Of a stretch of DNA of 36,859 nt, positions 1-8,859 are shown in pieces. The DNA is taken from the sequence record SRR20825010_848. One strand, 5' to 3'. The translations under genes were made by a program, and so were the position numbers. The notes under the pieces were generated by a model, which saw only the letters and a list, made by a program, of their open reading frames with translations, was not told where the DNA came from and searched no databases. Position 1 is the stretch's first letter, and every line of letters starts with the position of its first letter.

Positions 1-1
1 T

Positions 2-778
2 GTTTATGTAAATGATGCCTTTGGAACTGCACATAGGGCCCATGCCTCCACTACAATAGTTGCCCAATTTTTTCCAGAAAAGAAATGTTTTGGGTTCTTG
101 TTGGCCAAAGAAATTGAGGCCATAGAAAAAGTTATGAGAACAGGGGAAAAGCCAGTGACCGCTATTTTGGGAGGGGCAAAGGTATCTTCAAAAATTACGA
201 TTATCGAAAACATTTTGGATAAAGTAGACCATCTTATTATTGGTGGGGGAATGACCTACACTTTTGTTAAAGCCAAAGGCGGAAAGGTTGGAGATTCTAT
301 CTGTGAGGACGATAAAATGGAATTGGCCATGGAGATTCTTGAGCAGGCCAAGAAAAAAGGAGTAGAAGTGCATATCCCGGTAGATGTTTTGGCTGCGGAC
401 GACTTTAACAACAACGCCAATACCAAGATTGTAAATTCCAACGAGATTCCAGAAGGTTGGCAAGGTTTGGATGCAGGGCCCAAAACCTTGGAAATATTTA
501 AAGAAGTAATCTTAAAATCGAAAACTATTTTGTGGAATGGTCCTATAGGCGTTTTTGAAATGGAGAGCTTTGCCAAAGGTACCATTGCCATTGGTAATTA
601 TATTGATGAAGCAACAAAAAATGGTGCCTTTTCTTTAGTGGGTGGCGGAGATTCTGTTGCCGCGGTCAAGCAATTTGGTTTTGAAAACAAGGTAAGCTAT
701 GTTTCTACTGGCGGAGGTGCCATGTTGGAAAGCCTTGAAGGCAAAACCCTTCCCGGAATAGCAGCAATATTGGCATAA
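2..778 (+). CDS. pgk: Phosphoglycerate kinase (5' end outside window)
   Basis: The frame is open from position 2 ([16 protein letters not shown]). PGK motifs: [43 protein letters not shown]. The TTG at 98 in the ORF track is internal. Confidence 0.98.
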   Translation, partial: VYVNDAFGTAHRAHASTTIVAQFFPEKKCFGFLLAKEIEAIEKVMRTGEKPVTAILGGAKVSSKITIIENILDKVDHLIIGGGMTYTFVKAKGGKVGDSICEDDKMELAMEILEQAKKKGVEVHIPVDVLAADDFNNNANTKIVNSNEIPEGWQGLDAGPKTLEIFKEVILKSKTILWNGPIGVFEMESFAKGTIAIGNYIDEATKNGAFSLVGGGDSVAAVKQFGFENKVSYVSTGGGAMLESLEGKTLPGIAAILA

Positions 779-892
779 ATACCACGTTATTTAATATGGG
801 TTATCTGTTTTTTAACTGCTTTTAAAAATTAAATTTTAAAGTTTAGAAAAAAATCACGATTTTAGTCTGCCCCGCTTAAAAAAACAAACCTT

Positions 893-2530
893 ATGAAAAC
901 ATCCAGATATATTTTATTGGGAGTCTTGTCTATGGGTTTCTTGGTTACAGGCGTAGCACAGGAATTTGATTCAATACCTACTGCAAAAAAGGGCCTAAAC
1001 GCTCCAAAGTTACAAGAAATTTCAGTGGACACTACTGCAATGGATATGGAAGGTGTTGAGCAGATGGAAACAATGGAGGCCCAGGATGATATTCAGGACA
1101 ATCCGTTGCTTTTGGTGAAAGGGCAAAAAAAGTACGATTTAAAGGACCGTCCGGAAACTGCCAAGTTCGATAGCCTATGGATGAAAGAGTTGTACGATAG
1201 TTCCTCCTTATTCGATTCCATTTATCAGGACATTACTTCCTTGGAAATAGATTCCGTATATCATTTCAATGTAGATACGGATACCTTAAAGGCCAGACTG
1301 AAGCTCCTAAATCAAAAAACCCCCTTTAACATCGTTTACAATCCGTCTTTGGAAAACGTCATACGATACTTTCTTACCCGTAAAAGGGATATGATGAGCA
1401 GGATGTTGACTATAAGCCAGTTTTATTTCCCCTTGTTCGAACAGGAATTGGACAATCAAAATGTACCCTTGGAACTTAAATATTTGGCCATTGTTGAGTC
1501 GGCACTTAATCCGAGGGCCCGCTCAAGGGTAGGTGCCACTGGATTATGGCAATTTATGTACGGTACCGGAAAAATGTACGATTTGGATGTAAGTAGTTAT
1601 GTGGATGAACGCAGCGATCCCATTAATTCTACCAAAGCGGCAAGTTTGTACCTTAAAAAGCTACACGATATTTTTAATGATTGGGATTTGGCCCTTGCGG
1701 CCTATAATTCAGGGCCTGGTAACGTAAACAAGGCTATAAGAAGATCTGGTGGCTACAAAAATTACTGGAACATTAGAAGAAACCTTCCCCGGGAAACTGC
1801 CGGATATGTACCTGCATTTTTGGCTACCATGTATATTTTTGAATATGCGGAAGAACACGGTTTTACAAGACAGGTAACGGATAGACCTTATTTTGAGACA
1901 GATACCATACATGTGAAAAGCACTATTACCTTTAATCAAATCTCGGAATTGGTAGATGTTAGCGAAGAAGAATTGATGTTTTTGAATCCGGCCTACAAAT
2001 TAAAGATAATACCTTATGTCAAGGACAAAAATTACGCTCTGCGACTTCCAGTGGATGCATTGGGAAAATTTGTCGCCAATGAGGAGGCAATCTACGCCCA
2101 TGTGCAGAATCAACTAAAATCCAAAGAAGAGCCCTTACCACAAATAGTGCAATCCAAAGATCAAATTACGTACAAGGTTCGCAGTGGCGATTTCTTGGGA
2201 AAGATTGCAGAAAGGTACGGAGTGGGTGTTAGCCAAATTAAAAATTGGAACGGTCTACGAAGCAATAACCTTAGAATAGGACAAAGATTGACTATTTATC
2301 CAAGAAAAATTCCCTCATCAATAAGCTCGACAAATGCTAGCAAAAGCTCAACAAATTCAGTGGCTGCGGCGGGTACCAAGGTACATACGGTTAAAAGTGG
2401 GGACTCACTTTGGACCATTTCAAAAAAATATCCTGGAATTAGTATAGATAATTTACGAAAATGGAACGGTATTAGTGGTAATGACATAAAACCGGGCACA
2501 AAATTAAAATTGTGCGATTGTTCTTCGTAA
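893..2530 (+). CDS. mltD: Lytic murein transglycosylase D-like protein (SLT domain plus two C-terminal LysM domains)
   Basis: Signal peptide ending VA|Q. SLT motifs AIVESALNP, GATGLWQFM, LAAYNSGPGNV, ETAGYVP. LysM repeats YKVRSGDFLGKIA and HTVKSGDSLWTIS. Confidence 0.93.
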   Translation: MKTSRYILLGVLSMGFLVTGVAQEFDSIPTAKKGLNAPKLQEISVDTTAMDMEGVEQMETMEAQDDIQDNPLLLVKGQKKYDLKDRPETAKFDSLWMKELYDSSSLFDSIYQDITSLEIDSVYHFNVDTDTLKARLKLLNQKTPFNIVYNPSLENVIRYFLTRKRDMMSRMLTISQFYFPLFEQELDNQNVPLELKYLAIVESALNPRARSRVGATGLWQFMYGTGKMYDLDVSSYVDERSDPINSTKAASLYLKKLHDIFNDWDLALAAYNSGPGNVNKAIRRSGGYKNYWNIRRNLPRETAGYVPAFLATMYIFEYAEEHGFTRQVTDRPYFETDTIHVKSTITFNQISELVDVSEEELMFLNPAYKLKIIPYVKDKNYALRLPVDALGKFVANEEAIYAHVQNQLKSKEEPLPQIVQSKDQITYKVRSGDFLGKIAERYGVGVSQIKNWNGLRSNNLRIGQRLTIYPRKIPSSISSTNASKSSTNSVAAAGTKVHTVKSGDSLWTISKKYPGISIDNLRKWNGISGNDIKPGTKLKLCDCSS

Positions 2531-2542
2531 ATAAATAACTAT

Positions 2543-3535
2543 ATGAAAAAAATTGGCGCAGTAGTATTATTACTTTCCTTGATTATCGTCTCTTGTGAAG
2601 AAAAAGAGAAAAAGAAATATCTGCCAGAATCCATAGGTGCCATAAATTCCTTGGCGGTTGTAATGGACAATGAGTTGTGGGAAGGAAAAGTTGGGGATCG
2701 GGTAAGACAGCATTTTGCAGCACCAGTTCTTGGCCTTTCTTGGGAGGAACCCCTCTTCACCATTAATCAAATGCCCCCAAAAGTCTTCTCTGGCACTATT
2801 ATACAAACCCGTTCGGTACTTTTTATTGCCCAGGATACGTTGAGCCTTGCCCACATTAAAACCGATACCTATGCCACTCCCCAAAAAGTAGGAGTCATTA
2901 AAGGAAGGACGGATGAAGAAATTATTTCAAATTTGGATTCCAAAGCGGATGAGATTATCAAAGAATTTAAGGAGGTCGAAATCCAAGAGTCCCAAAAGCG
3001 CTTCTTAAAATCACTTAGTAAGGAAACGGTATTAAACGACAAGTTGGGCATAACCCTGTCCCTACCCTCAATTTATAAACTAGGCAAGCAGGAAAACAAT
3101 TTTATATGGATCGACAGACAGATCCAAAAAGGGAGTATGAATATTATAGCATATGATATTCCCAACGATTATTTTAAAAGCGACTCCACCTTTGTCAAGG
3201 ATATTGTGGCCATGCGGGATTCTATAGGAAAGCAATATATCCCAGGGCCCGATGTACCAGGAAAAATAACCTATATGATGACCGAGAAAGCCTTTGCCCC
3301 ATATGTTTTTCCAGTGGAAATTGCCAATAGAAAGGCTGCCGAAGTTAGGGGCATATGGGAGATAAGTGGATATCCCATGGCCGGACCTTTTCTGACCTAC
3401 ATCATAAACGACGACAAAAACAATAGGAAAGTGGTCATTGAAGGTTTTGTTTTTGCTCCAGCTACTGAAAAAAGAGACGATATGTTCCAGCTTGAAGCCA
3501 TTTTAAAAACCGTGAAGTTCACGGATAAAAAATAA
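2543..3535 (+). CDS. DUF4837-like lipoprotein
   Basis: Lipobox-like LIIVSC followed by charged EEKEKKK. C-terminal RGIWE..GYPMAGPF and EGFVFAP..KRD resemble this Bacteroidota family as recalled. Starts 12 bp after mltD. Confidence 0.8.
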   Translation: MKKIGAVVLLLSLIIVSCEEKEKKKYLPESIGAINSLAVVMDNELWEGKVGDRVRQHFAAPVLGLSWEEPLFTINQMPPKVFSGTIIQTRSVLFIAQDTLSLAHIKTDTYATPQKVGVIKGRTDEEIISNLDSKADEIIKEFKEVEIQESQKRFLKSLSKETVLNDKLGITLSLPSIYKLGKQENNFIWIDRQIQKGSMNIIAYDIPNDYFKSDSTFVKDIVAMRDSIGKQYIPGPDVPGKITYMMTEKAFAPYVFPVEIANRKAAEVRGIWEISGYPMAGPFLTYIINDDKNNRKVVIEGFVFAPATEKRDDMFQLEAILKTVKFTDKK

Positions 3536-3564
3536 TTACATCTTCAAAAAATAAATATTCTTTT

Positions 3565-3593
3565 TAGGGCCCTTTTACGGGCCCTATTTTTTT
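3565..3593 (+). terminator. Intrinsic terminator after mltD-DUF4837
   Basis: Perfect stem TAGGGCCC-ttttac-GGGCCCTA followed by T7. Confidence 0.85.
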
Positions 3594-3713
3594 GGCTTTA
3601 TCTTGTCTTGAACAATATTACAAACGCCCAAAAAACGCATTAAAACAGCTTAGAACATCCTATCGTAATTCTATCTAAACCCAGTTCACGGATTAAGAAG
3701 AATTGTAGGGAAC

Positions 3714-3738
3714 AAAAAAACGCCCTCACGGGCGTTTT
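3714..3738 (-). terminator. Intrinsic terminator of the small minus-strand ORF (possibly bidirectional)
   Basis: AAAACGCCC-tcac-GGGCGTTTT. The A7 run on + is a U-tract on the minus strand, about 25 bp past the stop at 3763. Confidence 0.85.
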
Positions 3739-3739
3739 C

Positions 3740-3962
3740 TGGTTTGGTTGGTTAGTATGGTTTTAATCAAAGGCAAAGCCCGTTGTAATTCTGAATACAA
3801 ATGCATAGAGTACAATTAAGAAACTAGCAAAGCAAAACCAGCTCATCACCTTAAAAAAAGATTTAACGAAAGCGTGGCCCAGGTTTCTAAATGCCTCTAA
3901 ATAAATTTCTCTTACTAATAGAACGTTTTTCATGATATTTGGTTTGGTTATATGGTTGGTTA
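3740..3962 (-). repeat. Short AACCA-rich direct repeats flanking the 56-aa ORF
   Basis: TGGTTTGGTT at 3740-3749 and 3940-3949; TGGTTGGTTA at 3745-3754 and 3953-3962. Confidence 0.75.
3763..3933 (-). CDS. Small membrane protein, DUF6747-like (56 aa, below ORF-track cutoff)
   Basis: Manual translation: MKNVLLVREIYLEAFRNLGHAFVKSFFKVMSWFCFASFLIVLYAFVFRITTGFAFD*. It has an amphipathic N-helix, one TM segment and its own terminator. The YAF.FR..TGF.F tail resembles DUF6747 as recalled. Confidence 0.8.
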   Translation of the reverse strand: MKNVLLVREIYLEAFRNLGHAFVKSFFKVMSWFCFASFLIVLYAFVFRITTGFAFD

Positions 3963-4293
3963 TTAGATATATAACTCAAAATCTTACGATTAGGTATTTC
4001 ATCGGACTTTTTTGTTGTAAATAGACCCTTAAGCGTTGTGAAAATGGGTTTGACAATTAATTTGAACCAATACTACCAGCCAAGTTTAACCTTATGAATA
4101 ATGTAATCCAACTAAATACAGTAATAGATTTCTCCAAGTTCAAAAACAGTCTAAATATGCAAGGACTTAAAGTATTTATAGGTCCTCTGTCTAACCCAAA
4201 AAAATTTACTACATAAAGAACTTGTCCTTAAACTCACCAATTTGAATAGTTTAACATTATACTCAACAGTATATTTACTGAATTGATAAGCAC

Positions 4294-4328
4294 AAAAAAA
4301 CCGCCTTTACTATAAAAGAAAGGCGGTT
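4294..4328 (-). terminator. Intrinsic terminator of the OmpA-family gene
   Basis: AACCGCCTTT-10 nt-AAAGGCGGTT with an A7 run on +, about 30 bp past the stop at 4359. Confidence 0.85.
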
Positions 4329-4358
4329 ATAACTCTATTGATCAGGTATGTCTTAAAA

Positions 4359-7019
4359 TTACATCTTTACTATTACAAACTCGGAACGCCTATTAAGTTC
4401 ATGTTTCTCCCTGCTACATCGAACCCCATTTCCACATTCATTGATCAAACGCTCCTCCCCGTAACCAATGGCACTTTCAATGCGGTCTGCGGTGATACCT
4501 TTGGAAATAAGATAGGCCCTTGTGGACTTGGCTCTTTTGTCCGATAGGTATTTATTGTAGACATCAGGACCTCTAGAATCGGTATGGGATTCGATCTTGA
4601 TGACCATATCCTTATATTCCGTCATCACCTCAACCAATTTATCAAGTTCCAGCGATGCGTCCTTTCTAATGTAGGATTTATCAAAATCAAAGAAAATCAT
4701 ATCGGTCTTAAGCTTTTTGATCCCGTCTTCAATTACTATGAGCTCTTTTAACTTTTTCATTGTAATATCCACATTTACAACCTCATTTTTCTTCGTTTCG
4801 GCCGTAACCACATTTTCAAAGAATTCACTTCTGGTTGTTTTAATCGTGTATTTGGTATTGGATTCCAAATCTTCAAAGACAAAGGAACCGTCATCTTCAG
4901 TAACCATTTCCTTTAATTTAATGTTATTCTCATCCAAAAGGGTAACCAATGCCTTGGGCATTAAATCGCCAGTAATCAATTCGGTAACAACCCCGGAAAT
5001 GGCGTTCTTTACCACTTCTTCCAGTACCAGTCTTTCAAAGGAATAAATATCATCGTCCCCCTTGCCACCACGTCTATTAGAGGCAAAATATCCTTTTTGA
5101 TCCTCTTCATTAACGATATATGAAAAATCATCCTTGTTACTATTAATGGGCTGACCCATGTTAATTACCCCTTTAAAACCTTCCTCATCATAAGCTACCT
5201 CGTATACATCCAGTCCTCCAAGTCCAACATGGCCATTGGAGGCGAAGTACAACTTCTTATCATTTATAAAAGGAAACATTTCCTTTTGCTCCGTATTTAT
5301 TCCTGGACCTAAATTTTTGGGCTCAGAGTAACTTCCATTATCCAAAACATCTACCACAAAAATATCGGTATCCCCTATGGTTCCGGGCATATCCGAGACA
5401 AAATACAGTTTTTTCCCATCCGGACTTAACGCTGGATGGCCGGTAGAATAATCATCGCTATTAAAGGGCACTTCTTCGGCTTCCATCCATTCCCCATCAA
5501 CTTTCTTGGAAACATATATTTTCAAATGGTTGACTCCATTTTTATCCCTCTTTAATTTTTTACCATAATTATTTCTAGTGAAATACATGGTTGAATTATC
5601 GGGAGTAAAGGTCACTGATGCTTCGTGATACTTGGAATTTATTTTTTTTGAAAATCTAATCGCTGCTTTTAAATCCTGGGATTCCTTATTTACCTTGGAG
5701 ACATATAAATCAAGGTAAGGTTGATTGTTCCACTTATACCGTCTGGTATTAAAAATAGAAGAGTCTTTGGCGGAAGCAAATACAATTTCGTCATCATTAT
5801 AGAACATAGGTGAAAACTCTGAATACTTGGTGTTTATAGCCAAGTTTTTAAGTCCAAATTTAAGTTCCATATTTAGAATTTTGTCCAAGACGGCTTCTTT
5901 TTTGCTCGCCTTAAAATCCAATTTAGAACCCACATTACCTTGCTCGACCTGCTTGTCGTAAAGACGCATCATTCTCTTGGATTTGGAATATTTACCGGTA
6001 CCCTTTAAGGTATGGGCATATTTAAAAATTTGATCTGGAGACACTTCCTCTTCATATCTTTCAAATATGATATTGTAATAATAATAGGCCCGCTCCATAT
6101 TCGTATTGTAATAATGGGAGTCTCCAGCCTTTTGAAGAATTTCCAGGGAATAATTGTTGGCGTCTTTATTAAGTGCCTCCTCATAAAGTTCGGCAGCTTC
6201 TGCATACCACATTTTGTCAAAATATTGATCAGCTTTCTGTATAAGCCTTGCAGCATTGGGGCTTGTTTTTTCATTAAAATTGGTTCCCCTTACCTTACTC
6301 ACATCATTTTTATCCTCCTCGATAGGACTCAGCATATCATAGGTAACTTCTTCTAAGGACAATTCCTCTTTAGTCTCTTCCTTATTGGTCTTCGGCTCTT
6401 GTTTCTCATCTTGATCCGGAGCTTTAAGGCCCTTAGGATAATCCTTTACCTCTTGAGCTGAATTCTTGTCCAATGCCGTGTTGGGTAAAGGTAATTTTGA
6501 AACAGTGCCATTCCCGTTTATCTCTAATTTCTTGGATTTTCCTCCATTATCCACGTTCATTAACCAAAATGGATCGGTATAAGTACCATCCAACTTGGAA
6601 TTACAAGCTAATATGGCGCTATCCAATGTATCATATCTGTTTAAATAGACGTAGTTGAGGCCATTGCTAGGATTACTAATATATCCTGCGGCAAATCCCT
6701 TAACCTTTAATTTCTGTGCCAGATTTTGAGCATTACCCAAATCGGAGAATACTCCAGAAACAATATAAAAGCCTTCATCCGCACCATTTATATTTTTAAA
6801 CGTCCTGCTTTTTATGTGATTTGCCGCAGCCTTCTTTCTAAAAATTTCAGGGGTGACCCTTCCGTTGGAATCTGAGGTAGAATTAGATTGTTGCTTATTG
6901 GTGTTTATATCTATTTCCGAGTATTGCGCATGCGAATATGTGGAAACGTTTTTCCTTATTCCTTGGGCACTGCAAATAAGAGCAAGAAAGAGCAAGCAGG
7001 CTGTTAGAAGTTGTTTCAT
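4359..7019 (-). CDS. PorE-like OmpA family protein: SPOR-like, TPR, PD40 propeller, carboxypeptidase-regulatory-like and OmpA_C domains
   Basis: Signal peptide ICSA|Q. SPOR-like GFYIVSGVFSDLGNA. TPR ADQYFDKMWYAEAAELY. PD40 repeats HPALSPDGKKLYFVSD and YFASNR.GGKGDDDIY. OmpA_C IFFDFDKSYIR, IESHTDSRG, LSDKRAKST, GYGE, LNRRSEF. Confidence 0.9.
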   Translation of the reverse strand: MKQLLTACLLFLALICSAQGIRKNVSTYSHAQYSEIDINTNKQQSNSTSDSNGRVTPEIFRKKAAANHIKSRTFKNINGADEGFYIVSGVFSDLGNAQNLAQKLKVKGFAAGYISNPSNGLNYVYLNRYDTLDSAILACNSKLDGTYTDPFWLMNVDNGGKSKKLEINGNGTVSKLPLPNTALDKNSAQEVKDYPKGLKAPDQDEKQEPKTNKEETKEELSLEEVTYDMLSPIEEDKNDVSKVRGTNFNEKTSPNAARLIQKADQYFDKMWYAEAAELYEEALNKDANNYSLEILQKAGDSHYYNTNMERAYYYYNIIFERYEEEVSPDQIFKYAHTLKGTGKYSKSKRMMRLYDKQVEQGNVGSKLDFKASKKEAVLDKILNMELKFGLKNLAINTKYSEFSPMFYNDDEIVFASAKDSSIFNTRRYKWNNQPYLDLYVSKVNKESQDLKAAIRFSKKINSKYHEASVTFTPDNSTMYFTRNNYGKKLKRDKNGVNHLKIYVSKKVDGEWMEAEEVPFNSDDYSTGHPALSPDGKKLYFVSDMPGTIGDTDIFVVDVLDNGSYSEPKNLGPGINTEQKEMFPFINDKKLYFASNGHVGLGGLDVYEVAYDEEGFKGVINMGQPINSNKDDFSYIVNEEDQKGYFASNRRGGKGDDDIYSFERLVLEEVVKNAISGVVTELITGDLMPKALVTLLDENNIKLKEMVTEDDGSFVFEDLESNTKYTIKTTRSEFFENVVTAETKKNEVVNVDITMKKLKELIVIEDGIKKLKTDMIFFDFDKSYIRKDASLELDKLVEVMTEYKDMVIKIESHTDSRGPDVYNKYLSDKRAKSTRAYLISKGITADRIESAIGYGEERLINECGNGVRCSREKHELNRRSEFVIVKM

Positions 7020-7546
7020 GTTTATTCTATTAAAAATCTTGGGGGTCTAATATTCTAAAAATATAATGGCATGTGTAAAATTCATAATAACTTCCCTAGT
7101 GAATTACAAATACCTTATATTTTATAACCAACGCTAAAACTAGAGCGGTTAGTGCCGCGAAAAAATTATTTGTTGTGAATCCACTGTTTTCAATGGTGTA
7201 ATAGCAATTTACAGGGATTTATTAGGCATTTGATAAGCAAAGCCACTACACATAAGTTGGAATAATTAATTGAAGTAAATTTCAAAATAATTCCATTTCC
7301 CTCTATCTTTAAAGCATTTTTGATTAAGAAAAATTTGATAACCCCGTACTACCAAGATAGCTTGCAAGTACCCCCATAAATTAAAATTCCGATTGGTATT
7401 TTGTGAAGAAATGACAAGGAATGAACTTTTCAAGTTAAATTATCAATTTAAAAAAAAAGACATTTTAAGCCTTAAATTATTCACTAAAAAAGATTTAAGG
7501 CAACCATAATCTATAAGGAATTGTCAATTTAGTCATAGGTATAAAC

Positions 7547-7574
7547 AAAAAAACACCTACCAAACGGTAGATGT
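7547..7574 (-). terminator. Intrinsic terminator of tatA
   Basis: Minus strand ACATCTACC-gttt-GGTAGGTGT (one G-U pair) followed by a U-run. Confidence 0.75.
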
Positions 7575-7599
7575 CCCTTGAAAATATTTAAAATATAAT

Positions 7600-7785
7600 C
7601 TATTTTTCCTTTTTCTCCTCTAATTTATCGTCTTCCTTGGAAGCATCTTTAAATTCTTTAATGCCGCTTCCCAATCCACGCATTAATTCAGGAATTTTTT
7701 TTCCTCCAAATAAAAGTAGGACGATGGCCACAACCAAAGCGATTTGCATTGGCCCAATGGCTAAGAATGTGTTTAAAGTTATCAT
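7600..7785 (-). CDS. tatA: Twin-arginine translocase subunit TatA/E
   Basis: TM helix followed by [23 protein letters not shown]. The ATG at 7785 is preferred over the TTG at 7809. Confidence 0.96.
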   Translation of the reverse strand: MITLNTFLAIGPMQIALVVAIVLLLFGGKKIPELMRGLGSGIKEFKDASKEDDKLEEKKEK

Positions 7786-7806
7786 GGTATAATAATTTAC
7801 GAATAA

Positions 7807-7814
7807 CAAAGGTA
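7807..7814 (-). promoter_or_regulatory. Bacteroidota -7 promoter element for tatA
   Basis: Minus strand TACCTTTG matches TAnnTTTG, 21 bp upstream of the ATG. Confidence 0.65.
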
Positions 7815-7899
7815 CTAAAAAAGATGTTAGAATGCTGTTAATTTTAACGTCTATAATATATTTTAATTATTCTAAATTAGAATATATTTTCCTAATAGA

Positions 7900-7977
7900 T
7901 ACTTTTGCAGTGAAAACATTGTGGAAAATCAAATTCTGTAATAAAGGAATTAAAGTTAAATACTAAGCTTATCTTTG
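7900..7977 (+). promoter_or_regulatory. Two candidate -7 elements for the M23-GH3 operon
   Basis: TACTTTTG at 7900-7907 and TATCTTTG at 7970-7977. Confidence 0.55.
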
Positions 7978-7983
7978 TTCATT

Positions 7984-8853
7984 ATGGCCAAAAAGGTAAA
8001 GAAAAGAAAGGAAATTAAGCAGAAGCTCTTACATAAGTACCGTCTGGTAATTTTGAATGAAAGTACCTTTGAAGAAAAAATTTCATTTAAGCTTAGCCGA
8101 ATGAATGTTTTTGTAACCGGTTCCCTGTTTATTATTGGATTGATAGGATTCACCATTTTATTAATAGCATTTACTCCACTGCGGGAATATATTCCAGGCT
8201 ACTCTTCCACTAAATTAAAACGACAGGCCACAGAACTTACCTATAGAACAGATTCTTTGGTCGCCACATTAAATTATACCAACAGGTATTTAGAAAACAT
8301 TAGAAAGGTACTGAGAGGTGATATTGAAAATAATGAAATTAACAGGGACTCCCTATTTGATCAATACAAACTGGATCCTTCTACCATAGATTTAACGCCT
8401 ATTAAGGAAGATTCCTTATTAAGGGCACAGGTAGCTTTAGAGGATAAGTATAATTTGTTCGAAAGAAACATTAATAACCCAGGGCAGGTACTTTTTTCTC
8501 CCCTTTCTGGAACCATATCCCAAGAGTTTAATGCGGAAAACAAGCATTTTGCCGTAGATGTGGTTGCCCCCATGGACAGTCCCATAAAGGCAGTAGCCAA
8601 CGGCACCGTAATTTTTGCGGAATGGACGGCGGAAACCGGTTATGTAATTATTTTGGAGCATATGGACGGACTCTTAAGCGTTTACAAACACAATGGGTCC
8701 TTAAACAAAGGGCAGGGCGATGTGGTAAGATCAGGTGAAGTAATCGCCTCAGTAGGAAATACAGGGGAGTTGACAACGGGACCACATCTTCACTTTGAGC
8801 TCTGGAGCAATGGTAGCCCCATAGACCCACTAAATTTTATAGATTTTAAATAA
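7984..8853 (+). CDS. M23 family metallopeptidase with N-terminal membrane anchor
   Basis: TM segment near the N-terminus. Zn motifs HFAVD (HxxxD) and GPHLHFE (HxH). The ATG at 7984 is preferred. Confidence 0.93.
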   Translation: MAKKVKKRKEIKQKLLHKYRLVILNESTFEEKISFKLSRMNVFVTGSLFIIGLIGFTILLIAFTPLREYIPGYSSTKLKRQATELTYRTDSLVATLNYTNRYLENIRKVLRGDIENNEINRDSLFDQYKLDPSTIDLTPIKEDSLLRAQVALEDKYNLFERNINNPGQVLFSPLSGTISQEFNAENKHFAVDVVAPMDSPIKAVANGTVIFAEWTAETGYVIILEHMDGLLSVYKHNGSLNKGQGDVVRSGEVIASVGNTGELTTGPHLHFELWSNGSPIDPLNFIDFK

Positions 8854-8859
8854 ATTTAA

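Noticed and set aside
3740-3962. CRISPR array or IS target-site duplication
   Set aside because: The repeats are short, low-complexity and only two-copy, with no spacers, cas genes or transposase.
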